A DNA stretch of 64,000 nucleotides from Spirochaetia bacterium (GTDB lineage: Bacteria; Spirochaetota; Spirochaetia; SZUA-6; Bin103), in assembly GCA_965203055.1 (NCBI GenBank), contig OZ241863.1, positions 3,968,001 through 4,032,000 on the forward strand, written 5' to 3'. Below, in pieces: positions 1 to 9,962 of the stretch. How positions within the stretch are numbered: position 1 is the stretch's first letter; every line of letters begins with the position of its first letter. The translations under genes were made by a program, and so were the position numbers. The notes under the pieces are model-generated. The model worked only from the letters and a program-made list of their open reading frames with translations, had not been told where the DNA came from and made no database searches.

Positions 1-2334
1 GAAGAAACTTTCACATTGGGGAGGGGTGGACCTGCGGGCAGCATTGTCCGTATTGAGCAGCTTTCGATACGACAAGCCGTCCGAGAGGCTTTTCCGGGGG
101 CGATTTTTCTGAGTAAGGCTCATGGATGGCGTGTCCAGGAATGGAGAAATACCGCGTTTGAGCGTACGATTCGCGTGACTAAGACTTCACCTTTTCGGGT
201 TCCAGAGCCTTACTTACGGACCTTTGTTAACTTCAGCTTGAATCGTGACAGTATTGTTGACGGTCACCTTCTATCGAGCGACAAGGGATTTCTTTCTGAG
301 TGTAACTTACAGATCACGGAGCGAGTCGAAGGATATAAGGAGGGTAACAAATGGTTCCTTTATAAGGATCTCCGCCAAAGTAAGCACGGGATGACTCCAA
401 AGACCCGTGATTTTCGTACTACTGGTGTTGTACTACGGGTGAACGAATCGTGGTTTAAGAAGGAAGTCAAGAGCTCGGTTGCAGACGCGCTTTTGGGCCT
501 CCTTCAGCGCGAGTACAGCATATCACCCGATGACGCAGCCTGTGTTGCGACGGACGTTTCAGAGATACGGCAAGGACGACGTCATTCGCTGACCGACGCG
601 ATCGTAATCTTCGACTCCACTCATGGAAGCTTGCGGTTGACCGAGTTAGTGTATGCCAAGTTCGAACATTTGTTGTATCTTCTCGCCCGGTCGACCGAAA
701 TGACAGCGCCTAACGAGCATCTTCTTTCGCCGGACATGGTCCGACGTATGAGAAATTGGTTCGATCGACTCAAGAAGATAGCAGATTCAGAACTGGCCGA
801 TCTCGGAACCACAGATGAGGCGGTACCGGAAGGCTGGCTGCACGTGTTTGAGGTAGGTAGCGTCGTAGCCTACAGGGATTCCAAGGACGTAGCAAGAGAC
901 ATCACGATCACCGGCCGTCAATTGATGCAGATGGATGATCGATTGCATTTAGTGTACACCTATCAGGGTAACGGGTTTATTGCTTCCATTCCTGCGGAGC
1001 GGATCGACGCTGTCGGTGACGACTGGAACATGGTCTATTGGAATCCCCAGACGGACGAATCCCGTGATTCGTTCGACGAATCTCCTTCACCTGCCGTTCA
1101 CGACAACCTCGGCCCGAGCCCTTACATCGTCGGAAATCCGATTGATCAGGAGAGGATGTTCTTTGGCCGCGCCTCAATCATGGACAATATCAAGCGACAG
1201 CTTGGAAGCAGTGACCACGCCAATGTAGTCCTTCTTGAAGGGAACCGGCGTACTGGTAAGACGTCGATCCTCCGGCAGTTAAGCAAGAAGGACGTACTTC
1301 CCGGTTGGGTGCCAGTATACTGTTCGCTTCAGAATGTCGATAGCATCGCCACTCGCGACGTATTCAGATTGCTGGTATTACGAATCGGTTGGACCCTCGC
1401 TGAAATCGGCATTGAAACCTGGATGCCCGACCTACCGCAGCGTCGCTCCGGTCAACCGTTCAAGTTGGCCTTCCGCTCCGCGGTCAGCCGCGCTATTGCA
1501 GGAGGTCATCCCTTCGAAACGTTGGAGCTTTATCTTTCGACTGCGATAGAGCAAGCTAAACCACGCCGACTCTTGCTGATGCTCGACGAATTCGACAAGC
1601 TACAGGAGGGTATTGACAGTGGGATCACGAGCCAACAGGTTCCCGAAAACATCCGCCACCTCTTGCAACACCAGCCAGGTCTTGGTGCAATCCTAACCGG
1701 GTCCCGCCGTCTGAAGAGGCTGCGTGAAGAATACTGGTCGGCGCTATTCGGTTTCGGTTATCGGATTGGTGTCAGCGCACTACCACGAGTGGAAGCCCAA
1801 CGACTTGTCACTGATCCGGTAGTCGGGAAGCTCAAGTATGACCCACGAGCCCGTGACCGCTTAGTAGAGCTATGCGCGTGTCACCCATTTCTCGTCCAGT
1901 CGCTCTGCAGCCGGGTGTTTGACCAAGCGGCGACCGGAGGAACCCGAGCGATCACCCTCGACATGGTCGAACATGCGGCAGTGGAGATGGTGCAGGACAA
2001 CGAACACTTCCACACGTTATGGGGCTACGCCGGGACCGAACGGCGCCGGCTCATCCTCTCGTTATGTGCATCGATGACGAATGGAACCTACGCCGTAAGC
2101 TTACACCAACTCAAGACCAAATTTCACGAGAATGGAATATCAAATTTTGGGGACGACGATCTTACCGACGACATTACCGAGCTCCGCGAACTGGAGATGC
2201 TCGACTTTGACGAATCTTCCAACGGAGGCACGTATCGATTGTCCGTACCTTTGATGGCTATGTGGATGGAAGCGAACGTCGGCTTCCACGACTTGCTGAC
2301 ACGAGTCTTACGGGGAAATGGTCCAAGTGAATAA
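1..2334 (+). CDS. 5'-truncated fusion: C-terminal part of a YprA/MrfA-like (DUF1998-type) helicase joined to a STAND/AAA+ P-loop ATPase
   Basis: Frame is open from base 1 (EETFTLG...). REAFPGAIF..., FRTTGVVL and IVIFDSTHGSLRLT resemble the helicase C-terminal/DUF1998 region. These are followed by SPYIVGNP..FFGR, Walker A LEGNRRTGKTS, Walker B LLLMLDEFD and a helical tail. GC is lower than the backbone. Confidence 0.65.
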   Translation, partial: EETFTLGRGGPAGSIVRIEQLSIRQAVREAFPGAIFLSKAHGWRVQEWRNTAFERTIRVTKTSPFRVPEPYLRTFVNFSLNRDSIVDGHLLSSDKGFLSECNLQITERVEGYKEGNKWFLYKDLRQSKHGMTPKTRDFRTTGVVLRVNESWFKKEVKSSVADALLGLLQREYSISPDDAACVATDVSEIRQGRRHSLTDAIVIFDSTHGSLRLTELVYAKFEHLLYLLARSTEMTAPNEHLLSPDMVRRMRNWFDRLKKIADSELADLGTTDEAVPEGWLHVFEVGSVVAYRDSKDVARDITITGRQLMQMDDRLHLVYTYQGNGFIASIPAERIDAVGDDWNMVYWNPQTDESRDSFDESPSPAVHDNLGPSPYIVGNPIDQERMFFGRASIMDNIKRQLGSSDHANVVLLEGNRRTGKTSILRQLSKKDVLPGWVPVYCSLQNVDSIATRDVFRLLVLRIGWTLAEIGIETWMPDLPQRRSGQPFKLAFRSAVSRAIAGGHPFETLELYLSTAIEQAKPRRLLLMLDEFDKLQEGIDSGITSQQVPENIRHLLQHQPGLGAILTGSRRLKRLREEYWSALFGFGYRIGVSALPRVEAQRLVTDPVVGKLKYDPRARDRLVELCACHPFLVQSLCSRVFDQAATGGTRAITLDMVEHAAVEMVQDNEHFHTLWGYAGTERRRLILSLCASMTNGTYAVSLHQLKTKFHENGISNFGDDDLTDDITELRELEMLDFDESSNGGTYRLSVPLMAMWMEANVGFHDLLTRVLRGNGPSE

Positions 2335-3928
2335 AACCAATCCATATCGAGTCATGGGACCTTCAATCCCGCTCATGCTGGGACGACGGCACCTCATGCG
2401 AGTAATCGATAAGCATTTGCAGAAGTCGGAACCGGATCACGTGTCGGTTGTGGGACCCGCGCATTTCGGGAAATCCGTCCTGTTGAGGCACGTGGCCACC
2501 TCCTATCGCGCGAAGCCAAGCGGCTATCTGACGACCGTGCACATCGATCTGCGGCACGGTATACCTACTTCGGACAAGGATTTCATGCGACGATTGGCAG
2601 ATGAAATCAAGACTCAGTTGCAGGAGTTCTATCCACAGATTGCGGAGCTGATAGATCTCGAAGATGAAGCCATACACGAAATTTTGGGGCTTGTGTTCGA
2701 AGATCTTGAAAGAAAAGGCCAGCGGCTACTTGTCGTGCTCGACGGTTTCGACTACGCACTTGCCGGTAGTGATTTGACACGCAATCTCTGGGACCAGCTC
2801 CGTACGTTGGCGCAAAGTGTCAGTCTTCGATTAGTCGCGGGAAGTCGCCTCCCGTTGCGGGAACTGTGCAAGAATGAGGATTCCAAGACCTCCGATTTCT
2901 GGGAAATATTCTATGATACACCACTCCGAGTAGCCGCTCTTGATGACGATGACATGGCGGCCTTTTTGCTGCCGTTATTCAACGAAGGCTGCGAATTCGA
3001 TACTTCGGCACGCAAGGAAATCATCAACTGGACGGGAGGTGCTCCGCTACTAGTCTGTGCTTTGCTGCAGACGCTGTGGGAGGACCACCGGGGTAGTCGG
3101 CTTTCCAAGCTGGAGATTGACCAGGCCGCGAAGTCTCAGTTGATCGAGCGGCGCCATCTTCTGGGCGCACTCTGGGATGATTGCGATGATAAGATAAAGG
3201 CTGACCTGAGCATACTGTGCGACCGTGACATACCCTTGACCGATCTGCCTGAGTGGCGACGCCGATCTGTGGAAGAACGAGGGTTCGGCCGCGTGTCGGG
3301 TAACCGTCTACGAAGTTCTTGCCGTCTCATGGAGCGCTATGCTCAAGCGCAGGCTCCGGCCATCGCCGACCTGACCCGTCTTCTGGGAACGGCTGTCGGC
3401 TTCGAGACTCACATTCGATCTCTGCTGGATCTCCGGCTTGCGCAGGTACCGATTGGAGCGGATGATGAACTCTGCGAATGTGTCAGAAACGCCATTCACG
3501 CCCTCGCGCCATGGCCGGGAGGCGCGCTTGTTTGGGTCAGAAGTATCGCCAACCGGGCGCTGAGGCTTGTCTGGGACGCTGAACTTCCACCTGACAGAAC
3601 GGTACCTTCAAGGTGGCGTAACGAGGCGCGTAACGCAGGTGTGAATTTTCCCGACCAGGATAAGCTGCCGCGCGAGTACGGCGCGCAGCTCAGCATCCTG
3701 CGGTTCGCGACAGGAACGCGACGTACGTCGCGTCAAGTCAGGTACATCACTAAGACGACTTTTTTGCTGCTGGATTACTTGCTTTCGGTTGGCGATTTCG
3801 GCCAACACCGAGACGGCTTCCCCGAGACAAAGGTCACCATCGGTTTCGCGACGGCCGTCGTACTTGCCGCCATTTCGCTTGTAGAGTGTTTAACCGATGA
3901 TCTCCAACGACCTGTGGGTAACGAATGA
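2318..3928 (+). CDS. STAND/AAA+ ATP-binding protein with uncharacterised C-terminal domain
   Basis: NPY..G...LGR leader, Walker A VVGPAHFGKS, Walker B-like LLVVLDGFD, WTGGAPLLV sensor motif. Overlaps the upstream gene by 17 bp. Confidence 0.75.
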   Translation: MVQVNKTNPYRVMGPSIPLMLGRRHLMRVIDKHLQKSEPDHVSVVGPAHFGKSVLLRHVATSYRAKPSGYLTTVHIDLRHGIPTSDKDFMRRLADEIKTQLQEFYPQIAELIDLEDEAIHEILGLVFEDLERKGQRLLVVLDGFDYALAGSDLTRNLWDQLRTLAQSVSLRLVAGSRLPLRELCKNEDSKTSDFWEIFYDTPLRVAALDDDDMAAFLLPLFNEGCEFDTSARKEIINWTGGAPLLVCALLQTLWEDHRGSRLSKLEIDQAAKSQLIERRHLLGALWDDCDDKIKADLSILCDRDIPLTDLPEWRRRSVEERGFGRVSGNRLRSSCRLMERYAQAQAPAIADLTRLLGTAVGFETHIRSLLDLRLAQVPIGADDELCECVRNAIHALAPWPGGALVWVRSIANRALRLVWDAELPPDRTVPSRWRNEARNAGVNFPDQDKLPREYGAQLSILRFATGTRRTSRQVRYITKTTFLLLDYLLSVGDFGQHRDGFPETKVTIGFATAVVLAAISLVECLTDDLQRPVGNE

Positions 3929-4791
3929 CGAAGCCGGCGCCGGACGGGTTGTGGATTGACGGGGCTGCCGCGGCCTATCCCGAGGGTCTGTACCGCTTCG
4001 CCGGCGTGGCGGACGGGGTGACCGGGTTCGCTGCCGCGAGCGCGGGCGCCGTGGCTCACTTTCGGCGCCATGGCTACTTGGTGATTCACCGCGCCTTTAC
4101 CGGGCAGGAAACGGCGCGCGCCCTGGACGAGATGCTGGAGCTGCTCGCCCGCCCGCAGCCGGCGTTCAGCGGCGTGCAGTTCGAGCACTCGGCGCCGCAG
4201 GGGAAGCTGGCGGCGCTGGCGCCGGAGCTGCGCCAGGACTACGTCCGCAAGTTCTTCAACTTCCTCGAGTTCGCGCCGCGCTTGAAGGCGCTGTCCGAGC
4301 ATCCCGAGTTGCTGGCCGTCGTCAGCCGCCTCATCGGCGCGGCGCCGGCGCTGTTTCAGGACATGGCCCTGCTCAAGCCGCCCCGCATCGGGCGCGAGAA
4401 GCCGTGGCATCAGGATCACGCCTACTTCGACCTGCCGCTGGATACGCCGGTGGTGGGGGTGTGGATCGCCCTCGACCGCGCCACCACCGACAACGGCTGC
4501 ATGACCATCATCCCCGGCTCCCACCGCCGCGGCCCGGTGGTCCACTTCCAGCGCCGCGACTGGCAGATCTGCGACCGTCACGTGGACAACCGCGGCGCCC
4601 TGGCGGTGCCGCTGGAGCCGGGCGGCTGCCTGCTGTTCTCCAGCCTGCTGCACCACGGCACGCCCACCAACACCGCCGCCCGGCGCCGCCGCGCCCTGCA
4701 GTTCCATTACGCGCCCGCGGGCGCGGCGCGCATCGGCAAGGAACAGCGCATGGCCGTCTTCGGCGCCGAAGGCAAGTCGGTCACCTGCTGA
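3925..4791 (+). CDS. Phytanoyl-CoA dioxygenase (PhyH) family Fe(II)/2OG oxygenase
   Basis: PWHQD, WIALD..T..NGC..IPGSH, LHHGT..N...RRRALQFHY motifs. Confidence 0.9.
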   Translation: MTKPAPDGLWIDGAAAAYPEGLYRFAGVADGVTGFAAASAGAVAHFRRHGYLVIHRAFTGQETARALDEMLELLARPQPAFSGVQFEHSAPQGKLAALAPELRQDYVRKFFNFLEFAPRLKALSEHPELLAVVSRLIGAAPALFQDMALLKPPRIGREKPWHQDHAYFDLPLDTPVVGVWIALDRATTDNGCMTIIPGSHRRGPVVHFQRRDWQICDRHVDNRGALAVPLEPGGCLLFSSLLHHGTPTNTAARRRRALQFHYAPAGAARIGKEQRMAVFGAEGKSVTC

Positions 4792-4932
4792 CTGCTCGCC
4801 GGCGCGGTCCGGGCGCCGGCGGTCCGGGGCGGGGGCGCGCGGGGCCGCAGTCGTGCCATACTCAGGACCCGCGGCGCGCGGCCGGCACGCCGCATTACGC
4901 ACCATAAGGCCGTTTGAGGAGGAACCAGCGCC

Positions 4933-6309
4933 ATGCTGCCGCACATCGACGATCTGAAAGTGGTACTGCTGCACGTCATCGACGACCGCGCCGCGCGCGG
5001 CTACGACGTAACCGGACTGCGCGAACGGGTGCAGGCAGTGACCTTCAGCTACGACGAGCTGGCCGCCCTGCACCGGGAGCTGGACGCGGCGCCGCGCCGC
5101 GCGGACTGGCCCTACGTGGAGCCGGAGGACCTGGAGGCGATCTGGGCCGAGTGTCCTGAGCTGCCGGAAGATCCGCTGCAGCAGGTCGACCCGGAGGCGG
5201 CCGGCGAGCGCGCGCAAGCCGGATTCCTGGGGTCGGTGTGCGGTTGCGTGTTGGGCAAGCCGGTGGAGGTGCGCACCACCATGGCGGCGCTGCGGCGCGC
5301 CGCCGAGGCCGCCGGCGAGTGGCCGCTGCAGGACTATCTGAGCGAGGGGCTGCTCGACGCCCTGGGCGACCGCCACCGGAGCTGGCGGGAGGCGGCGCGC
5401 GGCCGCATCCGCTTCGTCGCCCGCGACGACGACATCAACTACACCGTGCTGGGGATGCTGATCCTGGAGCAGTACGGCATCGGCTTCAGCCGCGCGGACG
5501 TGATGCGGATGTGGCTGGCCAACCTGCCGCTCGGCTACACGTTCGGCCCGGAACGGATGCTGCTGACGCGCACTTCGGCGGCGGGAATCGCCGCCCGGCT
5601 GCGCCGCGGCCGCGGGCTGGCGGGGATCGGGGATGACCCGGAGCCGGTACTGGCGAAGCTGGTGGCGAGCTGGAACCCGGGCGACGAACTGTGCGGCGCG
5701 CAGATCCGCGCCGACGCCTACGGGTACGCCTGCGCCGGGCGCCCGCGGCTGGCCGCGGCGCTCGCCTGGCGTGACGCCGGCTGGACTCACCGCGCCACCG
5801 GCGTCTACGCCGCCATGTTCACGGCCGCGGCCATCGCCGGGGCCTACGTCATCGACGATCCGCTGGAGCTGTGCCGCATGGCGCTGCGCTGCGTGCCGCG
5901 GCGCAGCCGCTTCCATGAGCGGGTCAGCGACTGCCTCGACCAGGTCGCGCAGGCCGCGGACTGGCACGACGGCTACCGCCGCATCCACGACCGCTACGGG
6001 TGTTACGGCCACTGTCAGGTCTATCAGGAGACCGGCACCCTCATCAACACGCTGCGCTTCGCCGACGGGGTGGAAGAGGGCATCTGCCTGCAGGTGAGCC
6101 AGGGCAACGACACCGACAGCTACGGCGCCACCGCCGGTTCCCTGTTGGGCGTATTGTACGGCCGCCCCCCGGAGCAGCGCTGGCTGGCGCCCTTCAACGA
6201 CGAGCTGCGCACCACCGTGGCCGGCCTCTACGAAGCCTCCCTGACCAAGGTGGCGCAACGGATGGGGCGGCTGCCGCGGCTGGCGGCCGCGCAACTCGCC
6301 GGGCGCTGA
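4933..6309 (+). CDS. ADP-ribosylglycohydrolase family protein
   Basis: GCVLGKPVE, RDDDINYT, GAQIRAD, GNDTDSYGATAGS motifs; GAGGAGG RBS. Confidence 0.88.
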   Translation: MLPHIDDLKVVLLHVIDDRAARGYDVTGLRERVQAVTFSYDELAALHRELDAAPRRADWPYVEPEDLEAIWAECPELPEDPLQQVDPEAAGERAQAGFLGSVCGCVLGKPVEVRTTMAALRRAAEAAGEWPLQDYLSEGLLDALGDRHRSWREAARGRIRFVARDDDINYTVLGMLILEQYGIGFSRADVMRMWLANLPLGYTFGPERMLLTRTSAAGIAARLRRGRGLAGIGDDPEPVLAKLVASWNPGDELCGAQIRADAYGYACAGRPRLAAALAWRDAGWTHRATGVYAAMFTAAAIAGAYVIDDPLELCRMALRCVPRRSRFHERVSDCLDQVAQAADWHDGYRRIHDRYGCYGHCQVYQETGTLINTLRFADGVEEGICLQVSQGNDTDSYGATAGSLLGVLYGRPPEQRWLAPFNDELRTTVAGLYEASLTKVAQRMGRLPRLAAAQLAGR

Positions 6310-6361
6310 AACGGCGCGACGGGGCGCGGCGGGCGCCTGCCGCGCCCACGCGGTAACGGAA

Positions 6362-7954
6362 ATGCGTTTCTTCAACACCGCCGGGCCGATGCAACCGGAC
6401 GCCCACTACTGCATCCCGCCGTTGAGCCGGCTGGACGAGGACGAGGTGCGCACCCTGATCCGGCAGCAGCGCTACTTCGTGCTGCACGCGCCGCGCCAGA
6501 CCGGCAAGACCTCCGCCCTGCTGGCGCTCACCGACGAACTGAACGTCGGCGGCGCCTACCGCTGCCTCTACGTCAACGTCGAGAGCGGCCAGTCCGCGCG
6601 CGAAGACGTCGGCGCCGCCATGCGCGCCATCCTCAACGAACTGGCCGGCGAGGCGCGCATCGTCCTGGACGACCCGTTCCCGGCGCAGATCTGGCCGGAG
6701 ACGCTGGAACGCGCCGGGCCGCACAACTGCCTGCGCGAAGTGCTGAGCCGCTGGGCGGCGGCCGACCGCAAACCGCTGGTGCTGCTGATCGACGAGATCG
6801 ACGCGCTGGTCGGCGACACCCTGATCGCGGCGCTGCGCCAACTGCACACCGGCTACGCGCGGCGCCCGCGGCACTTTCCGCAGAGCGTGATCCTGTGCGG
6901 GGTGCGCGACGTGCGCGACTACCGCATCCGTTCGAGCAGCGAAAACGCCGTGATCACCGGCGGCAGCGCCTTCAACGTCAAGGCCGAGTCGCTGCGGTTG
7001 GGGGATTTTTCAGCAACCGAGGTGCGCGCCTTGCTCGCCCAGTACACTGCGGAAGCCGGCCAGCCGTGGACCGACACCGCCCTGGAGACGGTGTGGGAGC
7101 TGACCGCCGGCCAGCCGTGGCTGGTGAACGCCCTGGCCCACGAGGCGTGCGACCGCGACGCGGCCGGCCGCGACCGCAGCCGCCCGCTCACCGCGGACGC
7201 CATCCACGCCGCCCGCGAGCAGCTCATCCTGCGCCGCGACACCCACCTGGACCAGCTTGCCGACAAGCTGCAGGAAGAGCGCGTGCACCGGGTGATCGCC
7301 CCGCTGCTGAGCGGACAGGCGACCACCGAGATGCGCCCGGACGACCTGCAGTACGTACGCGACCTGGGCCTCGCGGCCCGTGACGATCCGGTCCGCATCG
7401 CCAACCCGATCTACCGCGAGGTGATCCCGCGCGACCTGACCTGGACCACTCAGGCGGCCTTCACGCACGACCCGGCGTGGTACGTGGACGCCGCCGGCAA
7501 CCTGCGGCTCAGCGAGCTGCTGGCCGCGTTCCGGGAGTTCTTTCGCGAACACTCCGAGCACTGGATCGAGCGGTTTCAGTACCGCGAAGCCGGCCCGCAG
7601 TTGCTGTTGCAGGCGTTCCTGCAGCGCATCGTCAACAGCGGCGGGCGCATCGAACGCGAGTACGGCCTGGGCCGGATGCGCACCGACCTGCTGATCGTCT
7701 GGCCGGCCGCAGCGCCGCCCGGGCGCACCCGCCGGATGGTGATCGAGTGCAAGCTGCTGCACCGCAGCCTGGAGCGGACCATCCGCGAAGGGCTCGCCCA
7801 GACCCGCGCCTACCTGGACCGCTGCGGCGCCGGCGAGGGGCACCTGGTGATCTTCGACCGCAGCGCGGACAAGCCGTGGGAGCAGAACCTGTTCCGCCGC
7901 ACAGCACCCGCATCCGCCGCCGCCGGCCCGCCGATCACCGTGTGGGGTATGTAG
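6362..7954 (+). CDS. AAA+ ATPase with C-terminal PD-(D/E)xK-like nuclease domain
   Basis: MRFFNTAGP start, HAPRQTGKTS Walker A, LLIDEID Walker B, C-terminal REYGLGRMRTDL..VIECK. Confidence 0.85.
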   Translation: MRFFNTAGPMQPDAHYCIPPLSRLDEDEVRTLIRQQRYFVLHAPRQTGKTSALLALTDELNVGGAYRCLYVNVESGQSAREDVGAAMRAILNELAGEARIVLDDPFPAQIWPETLERAGPHNCLREVLSRWAAADRKPLVLLIDEIDALVGDTLIAALRQLHTGYARRPRHFPQSVILCGVRDVRDYRIRSSSENAVITGGSAFNVKAESLRLGDFSATEVRALLAQYTAEAGQPWTDTALETVWELTAGQPWLVNALAHEACDRDAAGRDRSRPLTADAIHAAREQLILRRDTHLDQLADKLQEERVHRVIAPLLSGQATTEMRPDDLQYVRDLGLAARDDPVRIANPIYREVIPRDLTWTTQAAFTHDPAWYVDAAGNLRLSELLAAFREFFREHSEHWIERFQYREAGPQLLLQAFLQRIVNSGGRIEREYGLGRMRTDLLIVWPAAAPPGRTRRMVIECKLLHRSLERTIREGLAQTRAYLDRCGAGEGHLVIFDRSADKPWEQNLFRRTAPASAAAGPPITVWGM

Positions 7955-8006
7955 GAGGGCGTTTGCTTGCCAACCCGGATTGCGGCAACTAAGGTGCAGT
8001 ACCGCG

Positions 8007-8963
8007 GTGCATGCTTACATAATCCGGCGCGTCCTGCTGCTCATTCCGACCTTCATCATCCTCACCATGCTGGTGTTCCTGTCGGTGCGGTTGATTCCCG
8101 GCAACGTGGTGGACGCCGTCATGGCGCGGCTGGAGTTCGACGTGCAGGACATCGACCGCGAGCAGGTGGAACGCATGCTCGGCCTGGACCGGCCGATCTA
8201 CGTGCAGTACGTGGACTGGATCGGCGGCATCGCGCTGCAAGGCACCTTGGGCGATTCGTTCATCGGCGCGTTCACGGTGGAGGAGCGGATCGCCGGCCGG
8301 CTGCAGGTGACGTTGGAGCTGGGCTTGGTGTCGATCATCATCGCGCTGCTGATTGCGCTGCCGGTTGGCATCTACTCGGCGGTGCGGCAGGACAGCATCG
8401 GCGATTACCTCGGCCGCTCGGTGGCGGTCCTGGGGCTGGCCACCCCCAACTTCTGGCTGGCGACCATCGTCCTGATCTACCCGGCGATCTGGTGGGCGTG
8501 GGCGCCGCCGACCACCATGGTGCCGTTCCTCGAGCATCCGTTGCGGAACATCTGGGTGTTCGTCATCCCCGGCCTGATTCTAGGGACCGCCATGTCCGCG
8601 TCGACCATGCGCATGACCCGTACCATGATGCTGGAGGTGCTGCGCCAGGACTACATCCGCACCGCCTGGTCGAAGGGGTTGCGCGAGCGCACCATCATCC
8701 TGCGCCACGTGATCCGCAACGCCCTCATTCCCGTGCTCACGCTGATCGGTCTGCAACTCCCGATCCTGATCAGCGGCGCGGTGATCATCGAGAATCTGTT
8801 CGCGCTGCCCGGACTGGGGCGGCTGGCGGTCAACGCCCTGATCGACCGTGATTATCCGGTCGTGTCCGGGGTCAACCTGATCTTCTCCACGGTGGTGATG
8901 GGGCTCAATCTGATGGTGGACGTGCTCTACTCGGTGCTCGATCCGCGGGTGCAGCACCGGTAG
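8007..8963 (+). CDS. Peptide/nickel ABC transporter permease (DppB-like)
   Basis: AYIIRR start (GTG), LATPNFWL, EAA-like QDYIRTAWSKGL, RDYPVV, LDPRV. Confidence 0.92.
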   Translation: MHAYIIRRVLLLIPTFIILTMLVFLSVRLIPGNVVDAVMARLEFDVQDIDREQVERMLGLDRPIYVQYVDWIGGIALQGTLGDSFIGAFTVEERIAGRLQVTLELGLVSIIIALLIALPVGIYSAVRQDSIGDYLGRSVAVLGLATPNFWLATIVLIYPAIWWAWAPPTTMVPFLEHPLRNIWVFVIPGLILGTAMSASTMRMTRTMMLEVLRQDYIRTAWSKGLRERTIILRHVIRNALIPVLTLIGLQLPILISGAVIIENLFALPGLGRLAVNALIDRDYPVVSGVNLIFSTVVMGLNLMVDVLYSVLDPRVQHR

Positions 8964-8978
8964 CCGGGGAGCCGGGAT

Positions 8979-9962
8979 TTGGCGGCAGCGCGGCCTCAGT
9001 ACGGCAACGGCAGGCGCAGCTTCACGCGCGACCTGCTCCGGCGCCTGTTTCGCGAGCGCCCGCTGGGCGCGTGGTGCGGCGTGGTGGTGCTCCTGCTGTG
9101 CTTCACCGCCGCGTTCGCGGGCCGGCTGGCGCCGTTTCCGTTCAGCGAGATCCACCTGATCGACCGGTTGTCGGGCTCGACTTCCACCTACCTGTTCGGT
9201 ACCGACCAGCTCGGCCGCGACCTGCTCAGCCGGCTCATGTACGGCGCCCGTCTGTCGCTCGGCGTGGGCATCTCGGCCACCGCGCTCAGTCTGGTGGTAT
9301 CGCTGCTGGTCGGCGGCGTCAGCGGCTTCGTGGGCGGCAAGCTGGACCTTGCGATCCAGCGCTTGGTCGACGCTTGGCTGTCGTTCCCCTCGCTCCTGCT
9401 GCTGCTGACCGTGCTGTCGATCCTGGGCCGCGGCGTCCCGCAGATCATCCTGGTCCTCGGCGTCTCGGCCGGCATCGGCAACTCGCGGGTAGTGCGCAGC
9501 GCCGTCATCGCCATCAAGGGCCACCCCTACTTCGAGGCGGCGCGGGCCATCGGCAGCTCGCAGGCGCGTACCCTGCTGCGCCACGTGTGGCCCAACATCA
9601 CCGCGCCCATCATCGTGATCTTCTCCATTACCGTCGGCGGCGTCATCATCTCGGAGGCATCGCTCAGCTTCCTCGGCTTCGGCCTGCCCCCGGACGTACC
9701 GAGCTGGGGCGCCATGTTGAGTCACGAGGGGCGCAAGTACATGGAGGTGTCGCCGCGCTTGGCGATGCTGCCGGGGTTGGCGCTGACCGTCGTCGTCTAC
9801 TGCCTCAACATGCTCGGCGACGCGCTGCGCGATCTGCTCGATCCGCGGCTGCGCGGCGCCGGCGGGGCGGCCAGCGGCGCCGGCAGCTACGGCGCGCGCG
9901 CCGCCCGCGACGTCACTCGCGCCCTGCAGCGCGCGGAGACGCGCGCCGGGAAGGCGGGTTAG
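8979..9962 (+). CDS. Peptide/nickel ABC transporter permease (DppC-like)
   Basis: FGTDQLGRDLLSRLMYGARLSL, YFEAARAIG, GDALRDLLDPR. Confidence 0.92.
   Translation: MAAARPQYGNGRRSFTRDLLRRLFRERPLGAWCGVVVLLLCFTAAFAGRLAPFPFSEIHLIDRLSGSTSTYLFGTDQLGRDLLSRLMYGARLSLGVGISATALSLVVSLLVGGVSGFVGGKLDLAIQRLVDAWLSFPSLLLLLTVLSILGRGVPQIILVLGVSAGIGNSRVVRSAVIAIKGHPYFEAARAIGSSQARTLLRHVWPNITAPIIVIFSITVGGVIISEASLSFLGFGLPPDVPSWGAMLSHEGRKYMEVSPRLAMLPGLALTVVVYCLNMLGDALRDLLDPRLRGAGGAASGAGSYGARAARDVTRALQRAETRAGKAG

Noticed and set aside
1..3928. Calling this DISARM, Druantia or Avs
   Set aside because: Signature partners, the zinc cluster and TPR sensor repeats are not visible, and the upstream part is missing.
4933..6309. 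ADP-ribosylglycohydrolase as part of the adjacent defence block
   Set aside because: Host-like GC and a PhyH/ABC context fit a metabolic role; no ADP-ribosyltransferase nearby.
3775..6378. Long antisense or alternate-frame ORFs (also 11918-13984, 26635-29430, 29385-31850, 53849-56380, 58260-60113)
   Set aside because: Arg/Ala/Gly-rich shadows of real genes, expected in high-GC DNA; no motifs.
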